Assembly: GCF_008831285.2 (NCBI RefSeq)
Contig: NC_045138.2
Coordinates: forward strand, 26,040,001 to 26,104,000
Direction of reading: 5' to 3'
Length of the DNA stretch: 64,000 nt
Origin: Nymphaea colorata
Lineage: Eukaryota
Part shown: positions 12,278 through 24,081 of the stretch, piece after piece
Layout: each line of letters opens with the position of its first letter
Numbering within the stretch: the stretch's first letter is position 1
The notes under the pieces: model-generated
What the model was told of the DNA's origin: nothing
Seen by the model: the letters and a program-made list of their open reading frames with translations, nothing else
The model's database searches: none
Made by a program: the position numbers and the translations under genes

Positions 12278-13404
12278 TCGGTTGAGTTTGTAACTTGAAT
12301 ACTAAATTAAAACGCTTTTAAACACCATTCATACTTAGGCAGCCCTACAATCAAGCAAATTTATTTTGTTCAGCCCTTTGGTAACTTGGAATTTATCCAA
12401 GATTAGGAAAAGGTGCAGTTACAACAAGAAAGAAATAAAGATAAAGGTACTTGTATCCAATATATATAAAATGACACCCAGCAGCACTCCACATTTAAAC
12501 TAAAAACAATAAAATAAAACTCAGGGCTCAGTTTGACCGGCCGGGATCCCTAGTCCATGACCAAGTGGGTCAAACAATTCCTTACATAAAGCTTCCTTGA
12601 AACCAGAACAACAGTTGTCCTCCAGAGTTATAAATTTAGGTGGGCAGGAAGGAAGGACGCCCAGTCACATGCACCATGTCCATGATTATAATAGGCAAGG
12701 CAGGCAGGATGGTCCCCTTCCTACCGCCATAAGACAGGGTTGGTTCAGATCTCCAACCTGATGATCTCAAGTGACCCAAGTACATGCCTTAACTTTATAT
12801 CTCTAGTAGGTATCTATGTTTCCTGCATACCTTGGCCCATTAGTGCCCGTCTCAGTTTATGCGCATCGTACCGGTTCAGCATCAAAACGAGACGACCGCA
12901 GGGTCCCCAGACTCGGCTTGAATGAGTCGGTCTCGATCGAATTAGCGACAAACCGATTCGATTTAGTTGTTGATTCAACAGTATTATTACTCATGTTACT
13001 TTTCTAGTACATTCTTTAAAAGAACTTAAAATTTTTCTAGTACATGCATACTCGTCGACGAGCTTTCTTCTCAAAGAAAAGGCTTTTCCAAAAAGTTTGT
13101 ATTAAAAAGCCATACAAGAGAACGTGTGATTTAGTTTGTCAGAGCCTTCTTTGAACTGCAAAAATGAAGAAAGAGAAGCGTTCAGGTACCTGCTATCGAA
13201 GCCAGATTCCAAAAATGTAAGTAGTTTCTCACAAGCATGCGTGCACTGTATAAAAATTTTACCTTGCAAATGAACACAAGATGGCAGATGTTACTCACGT
13301 ACGGTGGATGCTTCTAATAATGAAGGCATGCATTGGATCCCATAAAAGGATCAAATGGCTTATGTTCTCCTGTTTTTCCAGGGAAGAAATCACAAAAACC
13401 CTAA

Positions 13405-13812
13405 GAGGGCGTTTGTTTTTTTGTGGATCTGAGATCCCCTCTTATCTCAACTTGTTTGTTGATCTCAACATAAGCTTCAAGTCTTGAATAATATTGTATT
13501 TTAAGTCAGAAACCCTTTCTCTATGATTTCGGGGTGCGCAAGAAGAGTATTTCATCTTACTACTCAGAATCGAAGCCATGACCCTTCACTCCCTCCCTAA
13601 GGCCTGAAAATTCGCTCAAAGTACCAAACCGGATTTCGATACCTTGGCCCTTCTCTATGATTTCAAATTCGTGAATTTGAAGTGCAATAGTAATCTAAAA
13701 TCCAGAGTTCTTGAATTCCATGTTTATTAGAATCTATGGAGTTAAGGTGGGCTCATTATCAAATCAAGCCCTTGGATCCAAGGACTAAGATCCGAAGAAA
13801 TCAAACACCCCC
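13405..13812. mobile_element. Tourist-like MITE
   Basis: Left TIR gagggcgtttgttttttgtggatctgag follows TAA. The right-end reverse complement is gggggtgtttgatttcttcggatcttag, and it is followed by AAA (imperfect TSD). Confidence 0.7.
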
Positions 13813-14947
13813 AAAGTGGTGTTTGATTGCCTCAGATCAAATATCCAATGTGATATGAAAGCACTTTGGGGTTGACCTCAGATTCTATTGAAATTATTTG
13901 TTTTAAAAAATACATGAATAAAAATATAAATAAATTGCAACATTTGCATCTTAAAAGTCATAGATTTCAACTTGTTTGCAGAACTCAACATAAATTAATT
14001 GTAACATTTACTTCCAAATTTTGCTTACACTTACAAATGGCTAGCTTCAGGTTTAAGCCCTCCGTAAGGGATGTTCCGAAACATTGGATCTCAAAGGTGC
14101 ATCATGCCCTGACTCTTACAAAAGTCGCTTGTTTATATTTAACTCTCAATGGTATCTATATCTTAAGAAGTCTCATGCATGACAGGACCTGAATGGGGAA
14201 TGGCCCCAAACTTTTTAAGGCCCAATGAGCGAAGAAGTCTCTAAGTTGACGTAGTTGCCTTCAAGTAAATCATAGTTTCGAAGAGTATAGCGTAACTGGT
14301 CGGACGGAGGGTAGGCTGGAGAAAGTCTAATTGTTATTTGAATTATCATGCACTCTACTCCTCTAAATCGTAAATGATGGATGCACAACATTCTATTTGA
14401 CAAGTATCCTGCTTCGCATGTAGGTCTCGAAGCAATCACCTTAGACTTGCTTTTCATGTAGGTCCGAAAGCAACCTTAAACCTAGAGAACAGAGCAACAG
14501 AGAGGCCTCAACATTTTTTGGGTCAAAACATCTCATGAAACAAACACAAAACCAAGTGTCTCTGTCTCAAGCACTAGCGAAAAATGTTATATGAGAGACG
14601 AAGTATTTCATGACACCCCCACAACCCAAACCCCGGCAAAAGAGGTAACAATTTTTTGCAAAAAGAAGGGAGGAAAAGCAAAAATAGAAACGAATGTAAA
14701 AAGTTTTCCCATGGAGATGAACGAACGCGTCTTTATGTCTTCACACTGTCGTCTCTACCCGCGTAGAGATGTCGTCGAGATAGAAGAATCTGAGGACAGC
14801 CACCATGGAACCAGGCTACCACTGGAAGATAGTGATCAGAAAAGGGCAGAACACCACAAGGAGCCGAAGCCAGAACGTATAAATTATTGCACCGCAGGGG
14901 AGAATCGTCCTCTACACTACACTGCAGCAGGCAGCAGCAGCAGCAGC

Positions 14948-15034
14948 AGCTAGCACGTGGTGGCCGGCAGCCTCACAGTCAAACATGTCAATAGTCTATC
15001 TGCTATGATGTCGCCGGCCGCTCTCTGTCTCGCT
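14948..15034 (-). ncRNA. Candidate MIRNA precursor hairpin, family not recognised
   Basis: Minus-strand arms gcggccggcgacatcatagcagata and tgtttgactgtgaggctgccggccac pair over ~25 positions with 3 mismatches, 1 bulge and G:U pairs, around a short loop. There is a weaker lower stem. Confidence 0.5.
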
Positions 15035-15347
15035 CCCTCTTCACCTTGATTCCTTCTTGCGTACGAAAGTCAGAGTGAGGTAGACCATGGTGGTTGATTC
15101 CTCCGCAGTCTAAAAATTAACTGTGGGATTGTCACCATTAGTTACCTGCTGTAAAAAGAAGATGAGGCAATATTGTACTTGCCACTTGAACATGAAGGTT
15201 TCCCCTTTTCTGTATAAAAATAATAACTTGGGGACTAAGAATAGGAAAGCTCATAAATTCCTGACACATAGAACTATCCCAAGTTTTTCGAACTATTCAC
15301 ATTAACCTACATAATCTTTATATTTACTCATTTTATATATATTTCTA

Positions 15348-15355
<8 letters not shown>

Positions 15356-15444
<89 letters not shown>
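15356..15444. repeat. (TA)n microsatellite
   Basis: About 44 TA units seen directly. Shorter TA tracts occur at ~33112, ~33548 and ~52582. Confidence 0.97.
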
Positions 15445-15446
<2 letters not shown>

Positions 15447-17350
15447 CTATTGAATACTTGACTTTGGGGAGGAGAGTGCATCAGTTTCAAAAGTCGAATG
15501 CAAGAATTTTCAACACTGTATTGTTCAAATCTCCCATTGTTTCTTCGCTTTTCAGAGAACATCCCTCTCCTTGAATACCCACTCGATGGGTCAGCATCGG
15601 GAGGCAGAGCAGACAGCAACTTATGCATGCTAAAAATGGCATCCCCTAGTCGTCTGTCTTCTTCCTTGATCCTTTCTTTTCTTTGGCCCACCCTCCTCTC
15701 CACTGCTCACCTACTCCTCTTACTATCATCGTCGTCGTCGTTGTCTGTGACTCCTCCTCCTCCTCTTCTTCAAGACTTGTTATTAAGAGCAGAGGATCCA
15801 ATGCAATCGGTGCGGATTCTTTCGCATTATCTGATCAAGCTCTGCACCATCTATAGGTCGGAATGTAATGTGTTTTTGGAGCAAATTGTTTGGTGCTTCG
15901 GTTGTTTTTTTCTTGTCTTTTCTTAATTGAAGCCTTTAACTTCTGGAATATGCATGTGGAAGGTGGATGAAAATGAAAAGGAATGAGGAGCTGGTCGCAA
16001 ACTTGTAGGGAACTATGTATCTGTGTTCAACTTTTATTTTTAACAACCTATTTTTCAAAAGATTCTCAAAGTCTCCTTCCTTCGGTCCTCTTCTTTCCAG
16101 GGTCCTGGGTTGCAATAAGACTTGTGTGGGGTAAGGTACTCCATCAATTAGGCTGTTGTGATATTACTATTTATGGTCTATGACAATAAAGTTTACATAA
16201 ATTGAATAGACGATGTACTTTTTATGTGTCCGCCTACCCGACCAACTATGCTACAGTTTTTGAGGCAGTAGCGGAACTACTGTGTGACCGATGTGGGTTG
16301 CTATCTACGCCAGCCCTTGAAATCCTTTATTTTTATTATGACTAAGCTGGATGTAGATCCACCTACGGTGCCCATACTAAACCTAGTTCAGTGCCGCACA
16401 AGCACTCACCATATTGTTAGTACGCCTCAACCAAAATTTTCTAGCTTCACGCCTTCACCACTGCTATGAGACATATTTTCTGGTCCGACCAATGCTTCAA
16501 AAAGATTATCTTACTTTGAGATTAAGAGCGACTTTTCATTGTTAACCCTAGAAATTAAAACTATAGCTTATCTTTTTAGCATCATTTTTATCTCCAACCC
16601 AGTTTACTATCTTTGTTTTTTGGTGAACAAGTTCTTTTGTTTCGCTGGTCAATGAAAGTGTACTTCATCATATCATTTGAGAGTTTTTATACAAGCCGAG
16701 ACCCTTATTGCAAAAATTGTCTATCTTTTGAAATTATAGATAAAATATAGACCAGAAGAGAGAAAATTCTGAAAATATAAATGAGGGAGGATGGATGAAG
16801 CGAATAAATAAATATACTTGGTTCAGCCCCAAAGGTCTACATGCATCCATTTATATATATTTGTTCCAAAATGTGGTTGAATCGGAATTGTTTTTATATA
16901 CAGATGAAGAGTTGGGCAGCGGCAGCGCAACATAAGGGCCATGTGAAAGCGAGGCACAAGTCTATGGGAAAGACACCTAAAAGCTGAGAAAGTGGCCTCA
17001 TCTTCTCCCTTCTTCCTTTGACTGCGGCTTCTTCAGCATGTTAGCACAGAGCTCTATGTTTGAGTTTTCAAACCCAATAATGAAAGCCATCTACGACTAC
17101 CCTTTGCCTTCCTCTCATGTGATCCTGATCCAAGTTAAGGGTCCTATGTTTTTAATCGAGTTTCTTTCACCAACAAATATCAAATTCTTGACCTTCTTCA
17201 CCACTTGATTGCACTTAGTTTGGATCATAGAGAACAGTTGGAATATCAAAGGCTCAGGCAAGTGCAGTTCCCTACTTTAGTTTAATTAAGAATCCAATAT
17301 TTTTGTAGAACATATACAATTTTTCAATTTGGATACTTAGTAGATTCCGA

Positions 17351-17428
17351 TCCAAGATAGATGTGGATTCTTAATAATAAAGATATATATCCAAGATAGA
17401 TGTGGATTCTTAATAATAAAGATATATA
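17351..17428. repeat. 39-bp tandem duplication upstream of the GST
   Basis: tccaagatagatgtggattcttaataataaagatatata starts at 17351 and again at 17390. Confidence 0.92.
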
Positions 17429-17760
17429 GCATAATGACAGTCATCGTTATAGAGGGCATCCCATTGAGACCTATTAATTAACAATGAAAAGCGAATGTGA
17501 ACACTGTGACTTGTGAGCAGGTTCACATCATGGGGAGGCCTTGGATGCCGTCCATCTCTGTGAGGATGAGCGGCATCAAGAACGCCTTGGGCGATAAGTT
17601 AGACGCCGTTGGTCTGAACTTGTTGAAGATGTCCTTGATTTAGAACTTTGCGTTCATCTTTTGACCGGCCAACCTATCTTTGTGATTTAATAATGTTACT
17701 TGTGATTATTTTAATGGGAGTGATAAGATTCATGGCCACCTCTGCTCCACCACTCTGTCA

Positions 17761-17770
17761 CTATAAATAC
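17761..17770 (+). promoter_or_regulatory. TATA box of the GSTF gene
   Basis: ctataaatac lies 75 bp upstream of the ATG at 17836. Confidence 0.7.
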
Positions 17771-17835
17771 CCATGTTCATGGCTGCGTAGGGGAGCAAGA
17801 ATCACCAGTAGTCCAGTACTGTGTGAGAGAGAGAG

Positions 17836-19116
17836 ATGGTGGTGAAGCTGCACGGACCCGGGTTCGCGGCCGGACCCAGGAGGGTGGCGGTCTGCCTCTT
17901 TGAGAAGGAGGTAGAGTTCGAGCTCATCAACGTCGATCTCTTCTCCGGCGAGCACAAGAATCCCGACTTCCTTCAACTCCAGCCCTTTGGCCTTGTCCCT
18001 GTCATTCAGGACGGCGACCTCACCCTCTTCGGTACCTACACTATTCACTCTTCACACACACACACACACCCTCTCTCTATCTCTCTAGTATGAACGTGTG
18101 CATTTCTTTCTGCATAACCTCCACTGCTGCCATCTACCAACTAGCTAGACAGAGAGAGAGAGAGAGAGAAAGATAGAGGCTTCTGTCTCTGCGTGACTTG
18201 TGCATCTCATAAGCACAAATTCTTGGTGTGCGTCAGCTTCAGAAAGTGTCCTTGAGCTTCAAAGTGAGATGCCCAAAAGAAGAAACTGGACAACAGGACA
18301 AGTGTTCTGTGACAGGTTTCTTCAGCACCAATAGTTAAACTTTGCATCTAAAAGGAAATCTTTTTCATGGAAAAAGCAGATCAGATGGACCAGAAGGATC
18401 CCTTTGATTGCAGAGGAAAACTTCGGTTGCACTCTGCATGTGCCGTTTCAGGACTTCTTGCTTTTGTTAAAAAAGTTGCAGCGCTTCGCGAGATTCTTTT
18501 TCAGAATTTCTCTGCCATGGCCGCAGAGTTTTATAAGCTATCTTTTCTGTAATTATAACGGGCTTTGCCAGAAAATGCCACCAACGAGGGGCTTGACTTC
18601 AATGTGATGATCATTAAACAGAAAAACATGATATGTTTTCTCTGACCATTTCCTTTGTTCGGCATACCTGCAGAATCGAGGGCCATCCTCAGATACTGTT
18701 CCGAGAAGTACTCCAGCCAGGGAACAGATCTCCATGGAAAGACCATCGAGGAGAGGGCATTGGTAGAGCAATGGCTGGAGGTCGAATCTCACAACTTCAA
18801 CGCGCCGGCGCTGTCGCTGGTCTTCCAGCTGATGTATGCTTCAAAGCTGGGGATCCCTCAGAATGAAGAGGAGATCAAGAGCAGCGAGGAGAAGCTCAAC
18901 AAAGTTCTTGACGTCTACGAGGAGAGGCTGTCGAAGAGCAAGTATCTCGGAGGCGATTTCTTCAGCCTGGCTGATCTGACCCACCTGCCATTGATCCATT
19001 ACCTGGTTCACGACTGTGGGAAGGAGTCGCTGGTAAAGGGCAGGCAGCACGTGAGCTTGTGGTGGGAGGATATCTCCAGCAGGCCTTCTTGGAAGAAGGT
19101 CTTGGAGCTAAAGTAG
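17836..19116 (+). CDS. GSTF: Phi-class glutathione S-transferase (two exons)
   Basis: Exons 17836-18031 and 18674-19116 join in phase 1 (LTLF/E-SRAILRY). Phi motifs present: GEHK..P..L.LQPFG.VP...DGD, ESRAI, KYLGGDFFSLADLTHLP and WWEDISSRPSWKKV. Confidence 0.95.
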
Positions 19117-19230
19117 ACTGATTTCAGGCCTTACTGTTCATTTGAAGTAGTTGAACTTCATTCTTCCTTTTGAGAGCAACGATCTTTACCTTAGTAAATA
19201 ATTTTTTTTTGTGTGTTTTGAAGAACTGGT

Positions 19231-19463
19231 TGAATTTGATGGGATTCATCTCTTTATAGTTTTTGAATTTTTGAGTGAGTGAGAAGATTACGACCCACTG
19301 CTCTGAAATGAGCCTTGAATTTGATGGGATTGATCTCTTTATAATTTTTGAGTGAGTGAGAAGATTATGACCCACTGCTAGGAAATGAGCCTTGAATTTG
19401 ATGGGATTGATCTCTTTATAATTTTTGAGTGAGTGAGAAGATTACGACCCATTGCTCGGAAAT
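19231..19463. repeat. Three-copy ~77-85-bp tandem repeat just 3' of the GST stop codon
   Basis: tgaatttgatgggatt(c/g)atctctttata...gagtgagtgagaagatta(c/t)gaccca starts at 19231, 19316 and 19393. Confidence 0.92.
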
Positions 19464-20179
19464 AAACTTAAAGTCCCTATCTCCACTCTCCCGGATTATG
19501 GGCATGCTAAAATTGGTCTTATAATATAGCCTTTTAAGGTAATCAACATGAATTGTTAGTTGATTAACTAATTATATATATCATAATCAGAAGATCCTCG
19601 CCGTTAGTTATGGCCAACAAACGGCTACCATCATCTTGACGTCATTTATACTGCTGGGAACTTGGGATCCTTTCTTTGGCCTTTCGCCGGAAATTAATGG
19701 CGGTGAAGATCTCGGAGAACGCATTTTCTTTTCAATGGTTATAGAAAAATGAAGGCAATGACAAGAACTACCCTTCCTTGACTGTAGGAAAATAATTTAA
19801 ACCGATAATATATCTTCGATTACCTAAATTTTCTCTTGAGTAAAACACTCAAGCCAAGCCATCTCTCTCTCTCTGTTCTCCAGTTGGTCTTGGTTATTTA
19901 AAAATTCAGTTCAAATGGCACTTTAATTAATTATTTACCTGTAAACAATTGATCACAGACTTGGAGAGATAAAGGCGGCAACCTTGGATTTTTTTTTCCA
20001 ACTGACATTGTCATCAATCATTTTTAAAATAAATGCACTCCACTCGAAGAGGGATTCCCTCTATTATCTATTAAATTATATGTCTTTAAGTTCGAATCCA
20101 TTTTAGAACTCATACTGGGTGCTGAGAATTGCTTTTATAGTTAGGATTCATTGCTTGTAACATACTTAGTAATGCAGCC

Positions 20180-20214
<35 letters not shown>

Positions 20215-21539
20215 GGCTGCATTAATCCACTATGCAGTCACATGGGATCCTGGATCATGATTGCCATGTTTCTTAGGGGTCGTTTGGTTCTATAACATAT
20301 TCAATGCCAAAAGACTATGTTATAGGGTTTTATGAATCTGTCGTAGTTTTTGAAACAACTTCACTAGATATAGCAATATAAATTTGCCCTAAAGATTGAA
20401 ACAATTCAAAAAATAATAAAACTAATGTGCGATGAATCTGTCTTAGTTTTTTAGGCAGATTCATCACACACTCCCATAGCATTCCTGCTGCCAAACAATT
20501 CACTAAATTCTTTGAGAAAAGTACTAACAAGCCAAAGCAAACTCATGCAATTGTATTGTACCCAATTGGGTATTATGGATCCAAACAAATAATCCGTTAA
20601 TGAGCCTGCTCTTGAAGAAAAACAAATTCGTAAACCCGGATCTTTGTCTTATGAATGTAGGAACGTCAATGAGTTGGGTAAATATCCGACGATGAGAAAG
20701 CAATTCGTTTTTCAGATCTAAAAGCAGGATTCAAATCCTAATCAAACATGGATCTGTCGGCAGTTTAACTGACTGAATTTGCCTTGATTGTATGTAAAAG
20801 TTAATCAGATCTTGGCGTTGTCAGATCCAGATTTGATTTTAGAAACTCAAAGTCTGAGGTTAACCTCAGTAAAGAAGATACGATCTAAGCTGTAAATTAA
20901 GTTGACGTCCAAGTTAAACTCGAAAATGAAATCTCAAATGAAAAAAAAAAATTAAGATAAATATTGTAGAAAACGTTACTTTAAATTTCGAAACATATTA
21001 AAAATGCCCAAAACCATAATAACGAGGCTGATGTCCATGTGTTTCGTAAAAAACGCGTTAATTTAGAAGATATTAACGTTTACTTTCTAAAATCACGCCA
21101 TCTGCCAAATTTCACGATAAAAAATGGTGAAAATAAAGGCGATATATATAACGCGGCCAAAGCGCGTAACACCCTCGCGAAGGAAATTCGCTCATCTGTG
21201 ATCCCAAGGCGAAGGGGGAGTCTAGAAACAAAACCCTCGCTACATGATATCAGCCGTCCATCTAATCGTGATGAACGGATGAACCATCTTCTTGCCAGGC
21301 TGGCAAAAGGGATTTGATTGTGGCCGTCGGATGTGGGAGGGGTCCGTACGCGAGGGTCCATTTCGACGGCCCGCTCTTCGTCTATAAGTACCAGAAAGGC
21401 GCGAGTCTACCTCTTTCCTTTTTTTTTTAGCCGCTCGCCTCGTCAGCCGTCGCGCGATTTGCGGGAGAGGGAAGAGAAAGGGGGGGAGTGGAGTTCCCTC
21501 GCGGAAGAGGAGGAGGGGGAGGAGCGGTAGCAGGAAGGT

Positions 21540-21686
21540 TCTAGGGTTTCCGTTGTCCTCCTCGGCGTCGCGCTCTTCCTCCTCTCTGCTATCTGTCCTT
21601 TTAGGGTTCTGCGTTTCGACGCCCAACCGCGGAAGCGCCGGCGACCGATCGATCGATTGGGAACCGCTTTCCGACGAAGCCCGAAG
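21540..21686 (+). promoter_or_regulatory. Probable 5'UTR exon and GC-rich promoter of the GTE gene
   Basis: GC-rich, with a telo-box-like tagggttt and a strong donor ccgaag|gtcagt at 21686. The matching acceptor tcttttag| is at 24022, before the ATG at 24082. Confidence 0.55.
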
Positions 21687-24081
21687 GTCAGTCTTACGGG
21701 ATCTTCCTTTGTTCACTTTCGGCTTTAGTTTAGTTCTTGCGGGAGCTTTTCCCTGTTCAATTTCTTATCATGGGTCGTCCTTGGCGATGGGCTTTCTGGA
21801 AACCCTAGTTTTGGGTAGTCAAGTGTAGTTGAGGGACCTGCGTCTTGTGGGTTGGATTTTGTGAATCCTGGTTGTTACCTTCTTCCTGGCCGTCGTTTGG
21901 GAACGAGAACGTTAAGCCCTAGGTTGATTTGTTTTTATTCTCTTCGGTTCTTACTTTTCCATCCTAGTCTGTTTGGGAGTTCTCCTCTCTGTGTTCTATG
22001 TTACTGTTGTCAGCTGTATTTCCTTAGCCTTATGGCTTGTCATTGTTGGTCGTTTTTCGCTTGTGTCGTGATTTAAACTGGAGTGAGCTCTGGATCTGGG
22101 TTTTTCGTTTCTAGGATGTCGGGAGACGACTCTCTCTTAGGGATAATGTCTGGTGGCTTATCTAGCTTCAAGCAGGATGTTTTTTGAGTCTATGTTACGT
22201 AGTAGGTGGATTCGAAAAATAGATGATCATTGGTTTGGGTGTTGCTTGTATCTCGGTATGAGATTAATAACAGTCAATCTGCAGTGCTCTTAATCAAAGT
22301 CTTCTACTTTTCTAGTATACGCAGAGGTTCACGCCCCTGTGTAGGGCAACACTTAATCAAAGAGTCTTGTCTTGTGCAAGTCTACGACAAAACAATACCT
22401 AAGGCAAGCGGAATCTCGATGAATTGGCGCAAACAGTGTGGACCTTATCTTAACGAGCCGCATCGAAAGTTCCTAAGCCTCTACGAAATAATTCGATGCA
22501 GTTACTATTCAATTAAAATAGTGAAAGGTACGGATGTGAAGATCGGAAGGATTCTTTAAATGGGAAAAATCATTCAAGAACTGCGGTTTCAGATGGGTAA
22601 CTAAATTACATTGTTTTACACGATTATGAACATATTTCATAGGCGTGGATAAGATGTGATGTCCATTTGATACTGTTACTAATCCTAAAAAAAGTTGATG
22701 AACAAGAGACTATATCAATTTGTGAATTCAGCGTGAATTTTAGAGAGGTTGAAAATCGCAAATGTGGGATGGAAAAGCAATTTTAAGCACAAACGAGAGG
22801 TTAAGTCATAACAAGTGCGAAGACTCAAATGTGAAGAATCTAATTCTGATATCATGGATTATTATTGGACTAGTGCTGATTCAAGCTGCATCATAACTTG
22901 ATTAATTAATGTACTGAATTCAGGATAAAATTGTCTTTTAGTAGTGGAGAATATTTGCTATGAATGTTATTTATAATTCACTGTGGCAAATGGTTAAACT
23001 ACCAACGGTATTGAAACTTAAAATTTTGCTGAAACTTAAAAAAAAAAAAACATTGAATTGCTATAAGGAATGCACAAACTTTAATGATGTAGAAATATGT
23101 TTTAAAAATAAAAAAATTCGAAAGTATTAATAAATTTTCTTGTGGTTCTTGATCATGCACTTGATTTTGAATTTCCATCGATCAACCTGTCCTAGTTTTA
23201 TTGTGGTTCTAATTTTTAGTCTATATCCTGAACTGAAAGCTACTGAGGAATGAGGATCTCTCTGTTCTTCCTCCCTTCTAAGTGCATGCATATGCAGCTA
23301 GTAAATGAAATACAGGAATTTGGTCTTGGGACGTTGGAGTTTGATTCTCTTTTAGTGGAGAATAGTGAGCTCTAGCTCATAGACAAAATCCACTTAGACA
23401 ACCTGAGTTTGAGTTTAGCCCATTCTGGTAAAGCATACATTTTTCAAGGACTAACCAATAACAGTAAAATTTTCAATTTAATCTTATTCTGAGAATATCA
23501 AAGTTGCTTGTTAGAATGTAATCTATACTATGCATGAAGGCATAAGAGCAGCAAAAGTCTTTTTTTGTGCAGCCAATTACATGCTTTTTGATGTTTTTGT
23601 TTGTAGTAGATAAGTGATTATACAGAAGAACTACCCTAGTATGCCTTCTTTCTCTTAGGGAATCTCCTGCTAATTGTGAGGTTATTGGTCCTTTATTTTG
23701 GAGGAAATAAAAGTTCCAAATACATTTTTTAAGTTACACATGCAGTATATGGTATGTCTGTTTTTCTCTGTACTAGTGACTTATAGTGGTAGTAAATTAT
23801 GAGTGATATTCACAAAGTGTTTCATACTGTAAAAAATAAATAAATGTGATAAGTGTCTCTTAACCGTCTAATGTGCCAGTTTTTATTGTATCAACAACCT
23901 CTACTATGACTTCATTATCTGTTGGAATCTGCTTGTGATCTCTTTCTGAAAGAAATCCATTTAATGAAATATGAACAGGGAGTGAGAGTTTTTGCTCCTC
24001 GTTCAAGTTTCTCTTCTTTTAGGAGATCTGGATTGAAAAGATGCTTTCACAGCTTCATTGAACTTGCAGTGAGACATATAC

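Noticed and set aside
15793..15818. Resemblance to the reverse complement of miR393
   Set aside because: Too many mismatches and no complementary arm nearby.
15498..15926. 142-aa ORF with a signal-peptide-like stretch (secreted peptide?)
   Set aside because: Low-complexity CT-rich sequence with no CLE, CEP, RGF, IDA or PSK motif. It is better explained as the opposite strand of a GA-rich leader.
19231..19463. CRISPR-like repeat array
   Set aside because: Plant nuclear DNA; the units are contiguous tandem copies with no unique spacers and no cas genes.
22310..22350. Possible Helitron 3' end (hairpin + CTAG on the minus strand)
   Set aside because: The hairpin is imperfect, CTAG is followed by A rather than T, and no 5' TC end was identified.
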